DNA of 64,000 nucleotides from Octopus vulgaris. Its lineage: Eukaryota. The position numbers were made by a program, and so were the translations under genes. Below, one piece after another: positions 25,618 through 37,898 of the stretch (position 1 is the stretch's first letter; each line of letters begins with the position of its first letter). The stretch lies in assembly GCA_951406725.2 (NCBI GenBank), contig OX597823.1, positions 108,872,001-108,936,000 of the forward strand. Direction: 5' to 3'. The notes beneath the pieces were generated by a model. It was not told where the DNA came from, did no database searches, and worked only from the letters and a program-made list of their open reading frames with translations.

Positions 25618-27831
25618 CATACAAGTTCACGTGTATGCTTTATGAATGTGTGTATGTGTGTATATAAGTATAATATATATATAATATCATTTTGTGGTGG
25701 AGTTGTGTGTGGTCCATACAATAACGTGTGAACCAAAGAGTTGTTGGTTCACATCCCGTCACCAGCGTTCTGTACAGCGTTCCCAGCCAGATCATTTAAC
25801 GCCGTCTGGCTCAGTTTGTGCGCATGATAATAGCAATCGTAGTTATTGATGATGGTGCTATTGTTGTTGTTGTTGTTGTTGTTGCTGCTGATGTGTAACT
25901 CCCGGTCAATGCTGATTGAGCAGACATATAGTCAAAGATAATCCGACCATAGTATAGACGTTTTTCTATACGTAGGGAAAACGGACATTATCAAACATGA
26001 TCTTTCAAAAGACAGTTGTATGAGTGTATGTTATTTGTGTGTAAATTAAGGAAAACATTTTATTAGTGTTTCTAGCAAATCAATCGACCTCGTAGAGGCT
26101 CACTCGATAGTTGGTCATATATTATGAAGCATATTGGTGTAAAAGAGCAGCAATGTTGTAGAATTGTTAAACTAGTTTGATAACTGAGTTTATAAACTCA
26201 CATCGTATTTAATACTATTTGGGGGTTAGCTATACGTACATTAAGTCTTTAAGTGCTCCTTTCTCAACTCATCATTGTCATCATAACGCCACCACTGTCC
26301 TCCTCCTCATCATCATCATCATCATCGACGACGACAACAACAGCAATAACAACAACAACAATAACAATAATAATAATAACAACGACGACAATAACCGTAA
26401 CAATACGATGTCACCATTATCTTCTTAAGTTCGCTTCTGCTTCTCAAACGTTATTATTTCTGGCTCCTAGTGTTGCTCTCGTTGTTGTTGAGGATGATTT
26501 TTAGGCCGAAATCAAGGTTAATAGATCAATTTAATGTCACAGATGACCCATCTGCAAATATTCCGTCTTTTCTCCCATCACAGATCACACTCATTGATCT
26601 CTTTATGATTAAGAGAATGTTGAGTGGTTTGAGGGAAAATGACAGCTATTTCTAACTGCTTAAGTAACCCTGTAGGAGCAGAATACAATAATCTTCGTGA
26701 TGTATCGCATGGTAGTTGGGGTGATATTCCTTTTAAGGCATATGTCCAGTCTGTTAAGACGACTACAGCATATCGAATACAAATGATATCTCATTGGTAT
26801 TATTGTTTAAATAACTTTACTTTTTTTTACTTGATAGGTGAAAAGGCAGTGCTTAGAATTCTCTTCAGAGCTGCTGACAATGGAAGAAGAACTGGAGGAT
26901 ATTTATTATTCCTGAATGCTTGCAACAGTGTGGGTCTCTCAGAAGGATCCCAAGGGCTATGTTATGGTGTTGAAGTGGGCTCTGGAGTAAACAATAACCA
27001 GGTAATAAGTGCGGTCCTTTTGACAAGTTTTCATACTTTTTTATCAAACACTTTTTTCAACTAAGACTGTGATTGAACTGAGGCCCTGGTGGGAGACCGT
27101 TGCCTAAAGTGCCAGCAGGCAATGTTGCTGAAGCGAAAACCACGTTGCTTCCAAGCAAACTTCTTACATGGGATTTCTGGATTGAACCTCTGTTGGAAAT
27201 TACTTTACACCAATGATGAAATTAGTTCGGGACGTCTAGATGCTCATCGGTTCACCATAGGAATTTTACTAAATTAATAAAAGTCCTTAAATGATGTTGC
27301 TGATGCTAACGGCTTATATACACTTTATCCGTCCGCGTTGTGAGTTCAAAATCTTGCCAAAATTATTATATCGCTTTTATGTCATCAATGTTAATGCAAC
27401 ATTAAGAAGCAGGCAAGCTACTATGAGATTGCTTGACACTCAAAACAGCAGCTAAACTTTCCTGAAATCATACTATATTGCTTTTAAAAAGAGAGGTCAC
27501 ATTGAATAATAGAGAAATAGAGATGGTCATAGCTGGAACTACTTTGATCACAGGTTTGTTTGATCGGAGCTTAGAGGGTACTAAACAATAACAAATAAGA
27601 ATAGACATATGGATGAATGACTCAAATAGAATAAAACTGCCGACAATAAAACAGTGGCCTTCAATCAGTGCGAGAAATAAACATATTTAAAGAGAAGGAC
27701 TTAGCAAAAGAGTAAAATTGTGGAAAGAGGCGAGAATTTACTGAGAGAATTATAGAAACGGAAGAGATGTAGAGTGAACGAGGGCGTGATTGAGAGTGAG
27801 GAAGTGAAACGGAGAGAGAGAAAGAGAGAGA

Positions 27832-27875
<44 letters not shown>

Positions 27876-28586
27876 ATGGAAAGAGTGAGTGAATATAAAG
27901 TGAAATCATTTTGTATATCTGAAATTTATATTGATTTTTTGTTTGTTGTTATTAAATGATTTTATTAAATGCAACAACAAACTCAACTGAAACTATAGGA
28001 AAAACAACAACAGCAATAATGAAAACAATAATAGCAATAACTGTAATTGACTACATCAATAACAGTTGAAATTGTTTGATATTGTTAGCTGCGATTAAGT
28101 TTTCTCTTAAACAAAATTTTATTTCAAAGGAAGAGGCAATTAGACGAAGGTGGAGAGTAAGAGTAAAGAGTAAGAGATTAATAGAAATAGAGAGAGAGAG
28201 AGAGAGAGAGTAAGGGAGAGAAGGGAGAGTTAAGGAGATAGAGACAAAGTAAAGGAGAGAGCGGAGCAAAGCGAGGGATCTGTAGTGAATAATTATGTTT
28301 CAAAAGAAGAAGCAATTAAAAAAGAGAGGAAATACACGGTAAGGGAGAAGGGGAAAAACAGAGAAAAAGAGTGTGTGTGTGTGTGAGAGAGAGTGTGTGG
28401 GTGGAGAAGAAGAGAAAGAGAGTGTATGAGACAGAGAGAAGGGGACTATTCCTTCCCTCTCTTTCCTACGAATTCGTCATTTCCATCCTTCTTTGGTGAA
28501 TGTAATAAATACCAAGCATGTGCTTGAGGAATACCAGCTCATGACACTCCATGCTTGCGTATATGTCAACACCGGAAGAGAATTAG

Positions 28587-29157
28587 GGCGGCGAGCTGGC
28601 AGAATCGTTAGCACACCGGGCGAAATGCTTAGCGTTATTTCGTCTGCCGTTACGTTCTGAGTTCAAATTCCGCCGAGGTCGACTTTGCCTTTCATCCTTT
28701 CGGAGTCGATTAAATAAGTACCAATTACGCACTGGGGTTGATGTAATCGACTTAATACGTTTGTTTGTCCTTGCTTGTCCCATCTGTGATTAACCCCTTG
28801 TGGGTAGTAAAGAAACAGGTATTTCATCTGCCGTTACATTCTGAGTTCAAATTGCGCCGAGGTTGACTTTGCCTTTCATCCTTTCGGGGTCGATTAGATA
28901 AGTACCGGTTACGCACTGGGGTTGATATAATCGACTTAATCCGTTTGTTTATCCTTGTTTGTCCTCTCTGTATTTATCCCCTTGTGGGTAGTAAAGAAAT
29001 AGGTATTTCGTCTGTCGTTACGTTCTGAGTTCAAATTCCGCCAAGGTAGATTTTGCCTTTCATCCTTTTGGGTTCGATTAAATAAGTACCAGTTATGCGC
29101 TGTCCTCGATTGTCCCCTCTATGTTTAGCACCCTCTGGGCAATAAAGAAATAAATAA
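28587..29157 (+). mobile_element. SINE family A trimer: one tRNA-like head plus three tandem body/tail units of about 184 bp
   Basis: GGCGGCGAGCTGGCAGAATCGTTAGC (A-box-like) and GAGTTCAAATTCC (B-box-like). Units restart at GGTATTTC(A/G)TCTG at about 28818 and 29002. The central block resembles the conserved Deu/Nin SINE domain (recalled, unverified). Confidence 0.9.
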
Positions 29158-29205
29158 CGAAAAATTTTTTAAAGGGAGTTTGTTTAAGAGATACTTTTAC
29201 AAGTA

Positions 29206-30122
29206 CGAGGGGATACCCAAAAGGAACCGTAATTTTGCAATGTTATTTTTTTCACTTAGTTTTACATGTTTACTCTTTTATCACTTTCAAAGTATTCTCC
29301 ATTTGAAGCAATGCATCAGACCAGACGCATTTTCCACTCTTCGTATCAGTGCAAACTGATGCCTTTTAACGCCGCCGTCGTTCTTCTCTTTACCACTTCC
29401 GCATCTGCAAATTCCATAGCCCCAGCTTTCATTACCAGTGATGACCTTCGGAAAAAGGTCCGGATCAACTTCCAACTGTTCTTTCAGTTCACAACACGCA
29501 TTCAGTCGTGACCTCTTTTGATCTTCTGTGAGCAAGCGAGGCACAAACTTGCAGCAACTCTTTTCATTTGCAATTCCTCGCTCAAAAGTAGTTGGCAGGA
29601 GCTCCAGGACACAGCAGTCATATCAAACAAGTTTGTCAATTGTTCAGTGACGGTCCTCCAGGATCAGTTCATGAATTATCCTGATGTTTTCATTCATTTG
29701 GGAAGTCGACGGTCACCCTGAACGAGGTTGGTCATCAAGCGACAACTGACCTTTTCTAAAGCGTGGGAAACACTCGTAAACTTCTGTTTTGCTCATGTCA
29801 GCGTAAGTTGTTTGAAGCATGACAACTGTTTCGGCCGTCGTTTTCCCCAGCAGTAAAACAGAATTTCACAGAAGCACATTCTCTCTTCGTTTCATCCATC
29901 GCAAAAATCGACAAACAGGGAGAAGTAGTGCAAAACAAAGACGCAGTACATGACAGTATGTCAGTCCACACCTGATGACGTCAGTCCACACCTGACGACG
30001 TCAGTCCGCAGTCTGATGCCTGAAGGATGCATAAAGTGGCTTCTGACGGCGGAAGCCTGAACTACAATGGACTTGTCCCACAGAGAACGTTTCCGGTTCC
30101 TTTTGGTTAACCCCCACCCCCA
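29206..30122 (-). mobile_element. Internally deleted mariner element
   Basis: TA|CGAGGGGATACCCAAAAGGAACCG and an inverted TTCCGGTTCCTTTTGG end. Minus-strand remnants GKTTAETVVML, DDQPRSG*PST, VPRLLTEDQKRSRLNAC, KVITGNESW, then CIASNGEYFESD; the central catalytic region is missing. Confidence 0.85.
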
Positions 30123-31692
30123 TATACCGTGTTATTGCTGTTATTCTTCCTGTTGTTTTCCCAGAGCAACTCTGACAGCCGACCTACATTCATTGACGTT
30201 ACAATCGTGACCACCCCGTCTTTTTTGGTGGGCATTACTACATTTGCATATCTAATAATCCTTTGCTGTATTTATGAGGGTTGAGCGTGAAAATTTGGCT
30301 GTTATGTTCAATAGAAAAAAGCGAGAAGGTAGAGACTCCATCTATGGCTTATATATTTCTGCGGTGGATATTTTAATGGGGTGGGGTTTTAATGCAATGA
30401 AAATTTTAATGCGGATATTTTATAGTGGTGAGAAATTTAATGAGATGGCGATTTTAATGTGATGGATATTTGAATATGCTGAGAATTTGAGTGTAATTGG
30501 ATTTGAATGAAATGTGGTTATTATCGAAGGCGGTTATTTTAATGTAGAGGAAAACACTGAAAGCATCACTTGCTGTTGGTTATGTATTATGAATAACATT
30601 ATGAAACAGAAGCTGTGACGAAGCTTAGATGAACAGTACTCATTCTCGACCGGTAGATTTTAATGCATCGTTTGGCCTAACACTGCCGTTTAATTCTTGA
30701 GCGTCTCTATCATAGCCCACTACATCTCAAACGTTCGGATCGTCTCCAGTCTTTGACTGTCAAGAGAATTTTCCTTTTGTGTCACCACATTTGAAAAACC
30801 TTCAAAAATGTCATGAATTCTACCATGAAAACTCCATACGAATGTCATTTTATACCAAAAATTGAATGCAAAACTCAGCAAGGTACGCACGCATGCATGC
30901 ACCCCGCCACCTATACACACGCGTGCGCAAGCACAACTATTAGCTAGATTTAGAGAAAGCGGAAGTATTAATAGCTTTCAGATGCTTCCAAAACCGCGAG
31001 ATTAATTTCTTAAACTTACTACTTAAACTGTTGAAATTGAAAAACTTCAAGAAAGACGCGTGCAGTGGGAGGTAGAATGCCAGACGAAGGACTGGGTTTA
31101 GCAGTCAGTACAGGCCCTGCAGGATTGTATGCATAATAAGTGAAAGGAGAAAGAGAGATCCGTGAATCGTTAGATTAGAAGAATGTGTGATTTCTTCTAC
31201 TTGGAGTTGTGAGAGTCTGCGTAGACGTGATTAGGTCGATCTAAGGAAAAGAAAAAAGACGATAGAGAAGCTATACGTTGTAGGGGTAGAAAAGGCATGT
31301 GGCTATAAAAACGAAGATATTAACGATATGTTTAGACTAGGTACAAGTCCATATTTCATAGAGTGGAGTTGAGGTTGTATTTTATACCGACGTATATCAC
31401 TGGTACAAATTTGTCGACTTCACACACATCAAAGGTATATTTAATGGTTACTTCTGTTACAGCATTACAATTGTACAATTATTAAGTACTGTACAATATC
31501 AACATTAACAACAACGGCAACCATGGGATATTTTTTTAGTAACCAAACTGTTAAAAATAGCAACCAAATCTCTCTGAAATCACACAGTTACCGTCTTTAC
31601 AAGGAGACAAAACTTTGGATAATGTAGTCATGAATTACGTTTATATATTTGTTTTGCAAGATTTTTGATGTGAAATCGTGTGTTGAAACAGA

Positions 31693-31943
31693 TATTGTTG
31701 TATTTAGGAATGGTCATTTTGCCAGTTTAGCCAATAAAAGTAAGGAGAGACACACAAATAAGAAAGAAGAAAGCAAAGGACCACTGATGAGGTCACAGGA
31801 GTGTGACGAAAGAGCTCTGGCCGAAATAAGATTAAGACTAATGTAAAAAATGAATAACGTTGAAGCAAAGTAACACCAAATATATAGTGCGTGTGTTTTT
31901 ATTGGCTAAACTGGCAAAATGACCATTCCGAAATACAACAATA
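31693..31943. repeat. 47-bp inverted repeat (one mismatch) enclosing a hammerhead motif
   Basis: 31693-31739 is the reverse complement of 31897-31943. Confidence 0.9.
31778..31822 (+). ncRNA. Minimal type I hammerhead ribozyme motif
   Basis: GGACCA-CTGATGA-G-GTCAC-AGGAGT-GTGAC-GAAA-GAGC-TC-TGGCC: stem I CCA/TGG, intact core with one extra purine, stem II GTCAC/GTGAC, palindromic GAGCTC stem III, CUC triplet. Confidence 0.7.
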
Positions 31944-33000
31944 ATAATAAATGTTGTCCAAAAATAGGCTTAATGAGTACAATATGTTAATTTATATCAG
32001 GGTAGGCGTAAATACAAAACATTACCAACTGGTACACGATTAATGATAGGATTAACACCAGTTTCAGTGATATTTGTGAGATTTAGCTTTTCTGGAAGAG
32101 ATGTGGTCGTCATTGGAAGATTTCAGTGTCGTGGTTTTTTGATGGACAAACGCAGTTTTAACGACACGTGGAGATATCTTTTACTGAACATTGAATATTT
32201 GAAGTTTAAAGAATATAAATGGGATAAAAGAAGTATTAAAGTTTAGACACGAATCGATATATCATGTGTTATATGGCAACAGCAAAGCAAATATATCTAA
32301 ACCATTGACAAACCACAGAGAAAGTTGATTTCCCAAGCAATTTACCAATGTAAGTGGTAATGAAGACTGTCTCAACATTGCTTAACAAGAGTAATCAAAT
32401 GAAAACTGCTGTTTCCCCAGTATGATATGGCAATAAACAATAAATACCAATTTCAGATAATCAAGTAGTTTAATATCAATATGCCAATATCTCCATATTC
32501 CTCTTTTGATTCATCATTATTCTAGAAATTCAATATTTCCAATAACCTAATATTTCAATATTGTGCAATGCCCAAAGGTTTCACACCAATAACTCTCCAT
32601 CAAACACTATATGTGATGAGGACATTTGAACCCGCTCTGGTAGAAAAGTTCATACAACTCCAGTGGTTTGATGCTCAGTCAGCTGTTTCAAACCGTGCAA
32701 CTGTTGATGCTCAATACATTTCACAAAATGCGAGCATAAGAATAAAAAAAGATTAAAAAAAACAAAATTCAAAAATGCTTGTGGCAAAAACCCTGTTAGC
32801 AGGATGGCTCTGATATGCGCGCGTGTGTATCCATACGTAATTGTATACGTACATATAACTCTCTCTATATATTTCATATATGTAAATGTGAGTGCGCGTG
32901 TGTGTGTATGTGTATGTGTATTTATATGCATACATAAAGGCAAATATACATGTATGAATGCATGTATACATGTAAATTATAATACACACACACACACACA

Positions 33001-33044
<44 letters not shown>

Positions 33045-33123
33045 TGTATATATGTAACTACTAGTTCCTTGTTCGTCAGTCTGTCAGTCTGTATATCTAA
33101 CTGCCGGTCTGTCTGCCTGTCTG

Positions 33124-33158
<35 letters not shown>

Positions 33159-33227
33159 ATATATCCATCTACCTGACTGTCTATCTATCTCTATCAATCT
33201 CTTTCTCTCTCTCTCTCTCTCTATCTC

Positions 33228-33291
<64 letters not shown>

Positions 33292-34019
33292 CACACGTAC
33301 ACATTTATATATATACATATACACACATATATATATGTGTATATTCATACGTACATATGCACATAGACACACATAAACGTACACATGAATACCAAAGTGA
33401 GGCCATTTAGCTTAAAGCAAGTTCAAAATTAACAACAATACATTTACTGACGATGGTGATTGGATCTCCATTCTTAGAAAAGAATCAAACTGGGACTTTA
33501 TAAACTTTAATACATGCATTTATATATTTATGTATATCTGTAGAAACCTATGTATATGTATGTAGTTACATACGTACACATACACATACGCACACACACA
33601 CATATACACACACACAAATGTACCTGTACGTAAGCATGAGTTTGCATGCATGCGTGTACGCATGTTTATATGTATGTATGTACGTATGCTTGTATGTATG
33701 GATCTTCACATGTATATATGCATGTGTGCATGTATGCAATTAAACATGTAAACCAAACAATGTTCGGGTTTTGTGTTTCTTATCCATGATTTTCCGTATT
33801 TCCTCGTTACTCCTTTCTATCGAACTTGAATCAATGACATTCCCAGGTGCATTAGTATTGCTAAACCAACTCGGTCTTATCTTCTGGATGAAGGAGTTGT
33901 AAGTTGGATTAGGTTATTGTAATTTTTCATAATACTAAGCAACATGAATAGTGGGAATGATATTCTGACTAGTGACACCTTGATTATCGGATCTTAAATT
34001 TTAATTCCTTTTTCTTCAT

Positions 34020-34240
34020 TTTATCTCTTAATCTGTTTCAGTCATTAGACTGCTGCTATGCTGGGACACCGCCTTGAAGAAAATTTTGTTGAATGATTCA
34101 ACTCCAACATCTATTATTTGTTTTTTTACGTCAGAAATTTATTATATCGGATCTCATTTAGCCGAACTGCTAAGTTACAGGGACGTAAGCAAACAAACAT
34201 TGGTTGTCAAGCGGTGGTGGGGACAAACACAGACTCAAGA
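34020..34240 (-). mobile_element. SINE family B, 3' half
   Basis: CTGTTTCAGTCATTAGACTGCTGCTATGCTGG...GCCGAACTGCTAAGTTACAGGGACGTAA...GGTTGTCAAGCGGTGGTGGGGACAAAC. Confidence 0.75.
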
Positions 34241-34312
34241 CTCCCCATATATATATATATACACTCATGTATATATATATATATATATACACATACATAT
34301 ATATATATACAT

Positions 34313-34583
34313 GTTTTTTCCGTCCTTGTTTTTGTATACATTCGCTGCTTTCTTCCAAGGAAATTAATGCTCTTAGCTTAGTTTTTACTTGAGGCTGACC
34401 AGATTGGAGAAATCTCAAGTATAATCAGCCGAAATTACAAAGATAATCTGGTATTTGACTGAGGAAAGAAAACTTCGAATGACCTGTCCTTGTTTTCGTT
34501 GTATCGTCTATCTGGATGTTTTGTTGTCCCATTTTTGTGTCATCTAACTGTCCGGATGTTTTCCGTTCTACTCTCATTTCGTA

Positions 34584-34585
<2 letters not shown>
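34313..34585 (+). mobile_element. Companion repeat family F
   Basis: Reverse complement of about 14529-14760 (TTCCAAGGAA..TAATGCTCTTAGCTTAGTTTTT..TTGAGGCTG..CCAGATTGGAG..ATCTCAAG). Confidence 0.75.
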
Positions 34586-34616
<31 letters not shown>

Positions 34617-34661
34617 TTGAATTTCTAAATCTCTCGTAGAGACATGTACGGTGGTGGGGCG

Positions 34662-35033
34662 ATAGAATGGCTGTATACTGTCAATCTAACAAGAACGTGG
34701 CAGTAGGTGGTACACCACCGCTGTATAGCCCTAGGAAGCATCGAACGCCTCCTGATGGCTTTGACACATTTTTCCCTGTGTCCTTATATACATATACGAA
34801 GGGGAGACAAACACCCCCGGCTGCCGGAACTGCATCTAGGGACACGTGTTTCAGGATCCTGAAACACGTGTCCCTAGATGCAGTTTCGGCAGCCGGGAGT
34901 GTTTGTCTCCCCTTCGTAGGGAAAAATGTGTCAAAGCCATCAGGAGGCGTTCGATGCTTCCTAGGGCTATACAGCGGTGGTGTACCCCCTACTGTCACGT
35001 TCTTGTTAGATTGACAGTATACAACCATTCTAT
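34662..35033. repeat. Spacer-less palindrome centred on GGA|TCC (34856/34857); 177-bp arm versus 195-bp arm with an 18-bp indel
   Basis: Near-perfect reverse-complement arms. The extra GTGTCCTTATATACATAT at 34778-34795 is present only in the left arm. The ORF track shows mirrored peptides. Confidence 0.95.
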
Positions 35034-35049
35034 ATATATATATATATAT

Positions 35050-35205
35050 TGGTCGGACTTCTTTCAGTTTCGGTCTACCAAATCCACGCACAATGTTTTG
35101 GTCGGCCCGAGGCTTTAGTAGAAGGCACTTGCCCAAGGTGACTCGCGGTGGGGCTGGGTCCCAGAACCATGTGGTTCGGAAGCAAGCTTCTTACCACACA
35201 GCCAC
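35050..35205 (-). mobile_element. SINE family B, 5' half
   Basis: CTTCTTTCAGTTTCGGTCTACCAAATCCAC...CACTTGCCCAAGGTG...AACCATGTGGTT...CTTACCACACAGCCAC. Confidence 0.8.
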
Positions 35206-36626
35206 GTCAATGTTCGTATATCACTTACCATTCTTATTGCGTTACCAAGTCGCTCTACGTCTGTTTATTTCGTGCTTGAAATTTTTTACAGAATCTTAAA
35301 TGCGATGGTTGTGTTATCAACTAATGTTTTTCTATTTATATTTGTCTATTTCATTCTACAATAGTGTTAATTTGCGAGTATTATATAGATTAGAGTATAT
35401 ATTTAATACAAAGCCATGCAAGCGTAGATTATTACATTTATTTTATATCAGTCAATATATGTGTGTGTATGTGTGTATATATGCATGTATTCATATATGT
35501 ATATTTGTAAATATACATGAGTGCGTATGTATACCATTTGTATGTAAGCAAGCTTTTTTTTTAATGTGTACATGTTGTTTCTACATACGTATGTATATAT
35601 GCCCATGCGCTTACGTTTCTACAAACCCATAGATATAACCAAAGGTATGCACATATGTCTATGCGTACAACTGTGTGTAGATGTATATGGATATAGATGC
35701 ATTTATGTATGTACGAATTTTTAAGTGCACAACTATATTTATACGTGCATACACTTGACACTGGTTCACATAAAACTAAGCTTATGGATATGAGCATGTT
35801 TGTGTATGTGTACGTATACTTACGTATATACAGTTATGATATTTATGTTCGCATGTATATACATACATACATACATACACACACACACATATATATATAT
35901 ATATGTATATATATACACACATATATATATATATGTTTATATATATATATATACATATATATATGTTTATATATGTATATATATGTATATATATACATGC
36001 ATAGATACATATGTATGTAAGTATACACACACATATATACAGACATGTCAATATGTAAATATATATATATACACACACACGTACGTACATACACTTGTAT
36101 GTGCGTGCATATCATGTGCGCATGGGATTTATAAACATATTACTCCGTGTGTTTGTGCTTGTGTGCGTGTGTGTATGTGTGTGTATGTGTGTGTGTATGG
36201 GTGTGTGTGCGTGTGCGTGTGTTTTTAACAGTGGGGAAGTGTTGAAAGGGGTGGGGTGCAAATATGTTACTCTTTTGTACTGAAATAGTAAGACATTAAA
36301 ATAAAGTTTGGCAGTATGGAAGCTTTTGATGTGGGGGAGAAAAATTTAATGTAGGGGCCATAAAGCTGTAGGGTTCCCTAATGGAGGAGAATAGTGGTGT
36401 TGATGGTGTGGGTGTTGGTCATGGTGGAGAATAGTGGCGATGGTAGTGATGATGGTACTGGTGTGAAACTGCAGAGCTGAAAGTGAAAGAACTCTGGAGG
36501 TGTATCAGGGAGGTGTAGAGACATGCGTACGTGCGTGCGAATATACATACACAAATACATACGTACATTCACATATATACATACCACAAATATATATACA
36601 TATACATATACATACATACGTGTACA

Positions 36627-36680
<54 letters not shown>

Positions 36681-36979
36681 CATATACACATATATGTATA
36701 TGTGTATATATATACACATATACATATATGTGCATACATGTGTAATCTCTCTCTGACTCTCTCTCCCTCCTGACTCCTCTCTCTCACTTTATCTCTCCCT
36801 CTACCTTTCTCTCTCTCTATGCATATACCTTTATATGTATACATATAATACATACACATGTATGTATATATATGTATATATATGTATATTATATGCAGAT
36901 GTATACATATACATACACAGACACACACATATATGCATATGTTTATAGTTATGTATATGCAAGCATAAGCATACAAGTA

Positions 36980-37030
<51 letters not shown>

Positions 37031-37239
37031 TACATATATACATACATGCATATACATATACACATATACATATGAATATACATGCATATACACACGCACA
37101 TACACATACACTGATATACATATAAGTGATGTATTCGTATATAATCGCTTACTTATTGAAACATCTGCGTATGTGGTGCATAATTAAATATGCACACACA
37201 CTTACACATACATGTATATATGTCTGTATGTGTATGTGT

Positions 37240-37289
<50 letters not shown>

Positions 37290-37845
37290 ATACATTTGAG
37301 AATTGTGTGCATGCATATGAGAATTCATGCTTACATTGTCTTAAACATACGTCTATATATATATATATACCTAATAAATATGTGCGTATGTATATTTCTG
37401 AAATTATGGAAGATAATGGTACTGGGAGGCTCGGTGAGTTTTCTAGCTGGGTTTCAAAACAGCTATTGTGTAACCAGCGGTACTGCCACACACTCTTCAG
37501 TGCCTATTTTTTGTTCATTCGTTATCTCGTATCTTCCTCTCTGCCCGTTCTGTACTATCCAGGCTCCTACGTGGATGTCAATACCCTACCATGCTCATCA
37601 CTTACCCTTTTGTCAAACTATCAGTGCAATGCATTGTTGCTAGAAAGCTTTAGTTGCATGTAAATAAATAGATGTGTAAAACGTGTGTATATCTTTCTAA
37701 TATACATGTGTATATGTACGTACGCTCATATAAATGGTTATTGACGTTGTGTCTATTTTCGGCATATTTTGGCATTAGAATTTTTTCTTTTGCCCTTACT
37801 TATAAACTGTTTATAAATTTAACCTTTAAAGATATTTTTAAATTT

Positions 37846-37898
<53 letters not shown>

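Noticed and set aside
26639-27290. 141-aa ORF and neighbouring non-repetitive sequence as a host exon
   Set aside because: It starts within an old dispersed repeat; no recognisable domain or convincing splice pair.
29960-30020. CTGATGA and CTGACGA inside a 20-bp tandem repeat as a hammerhead
   Set aside because: No stem II or GAAA partner; it is a small tandem duplication in the mariner 5' region.
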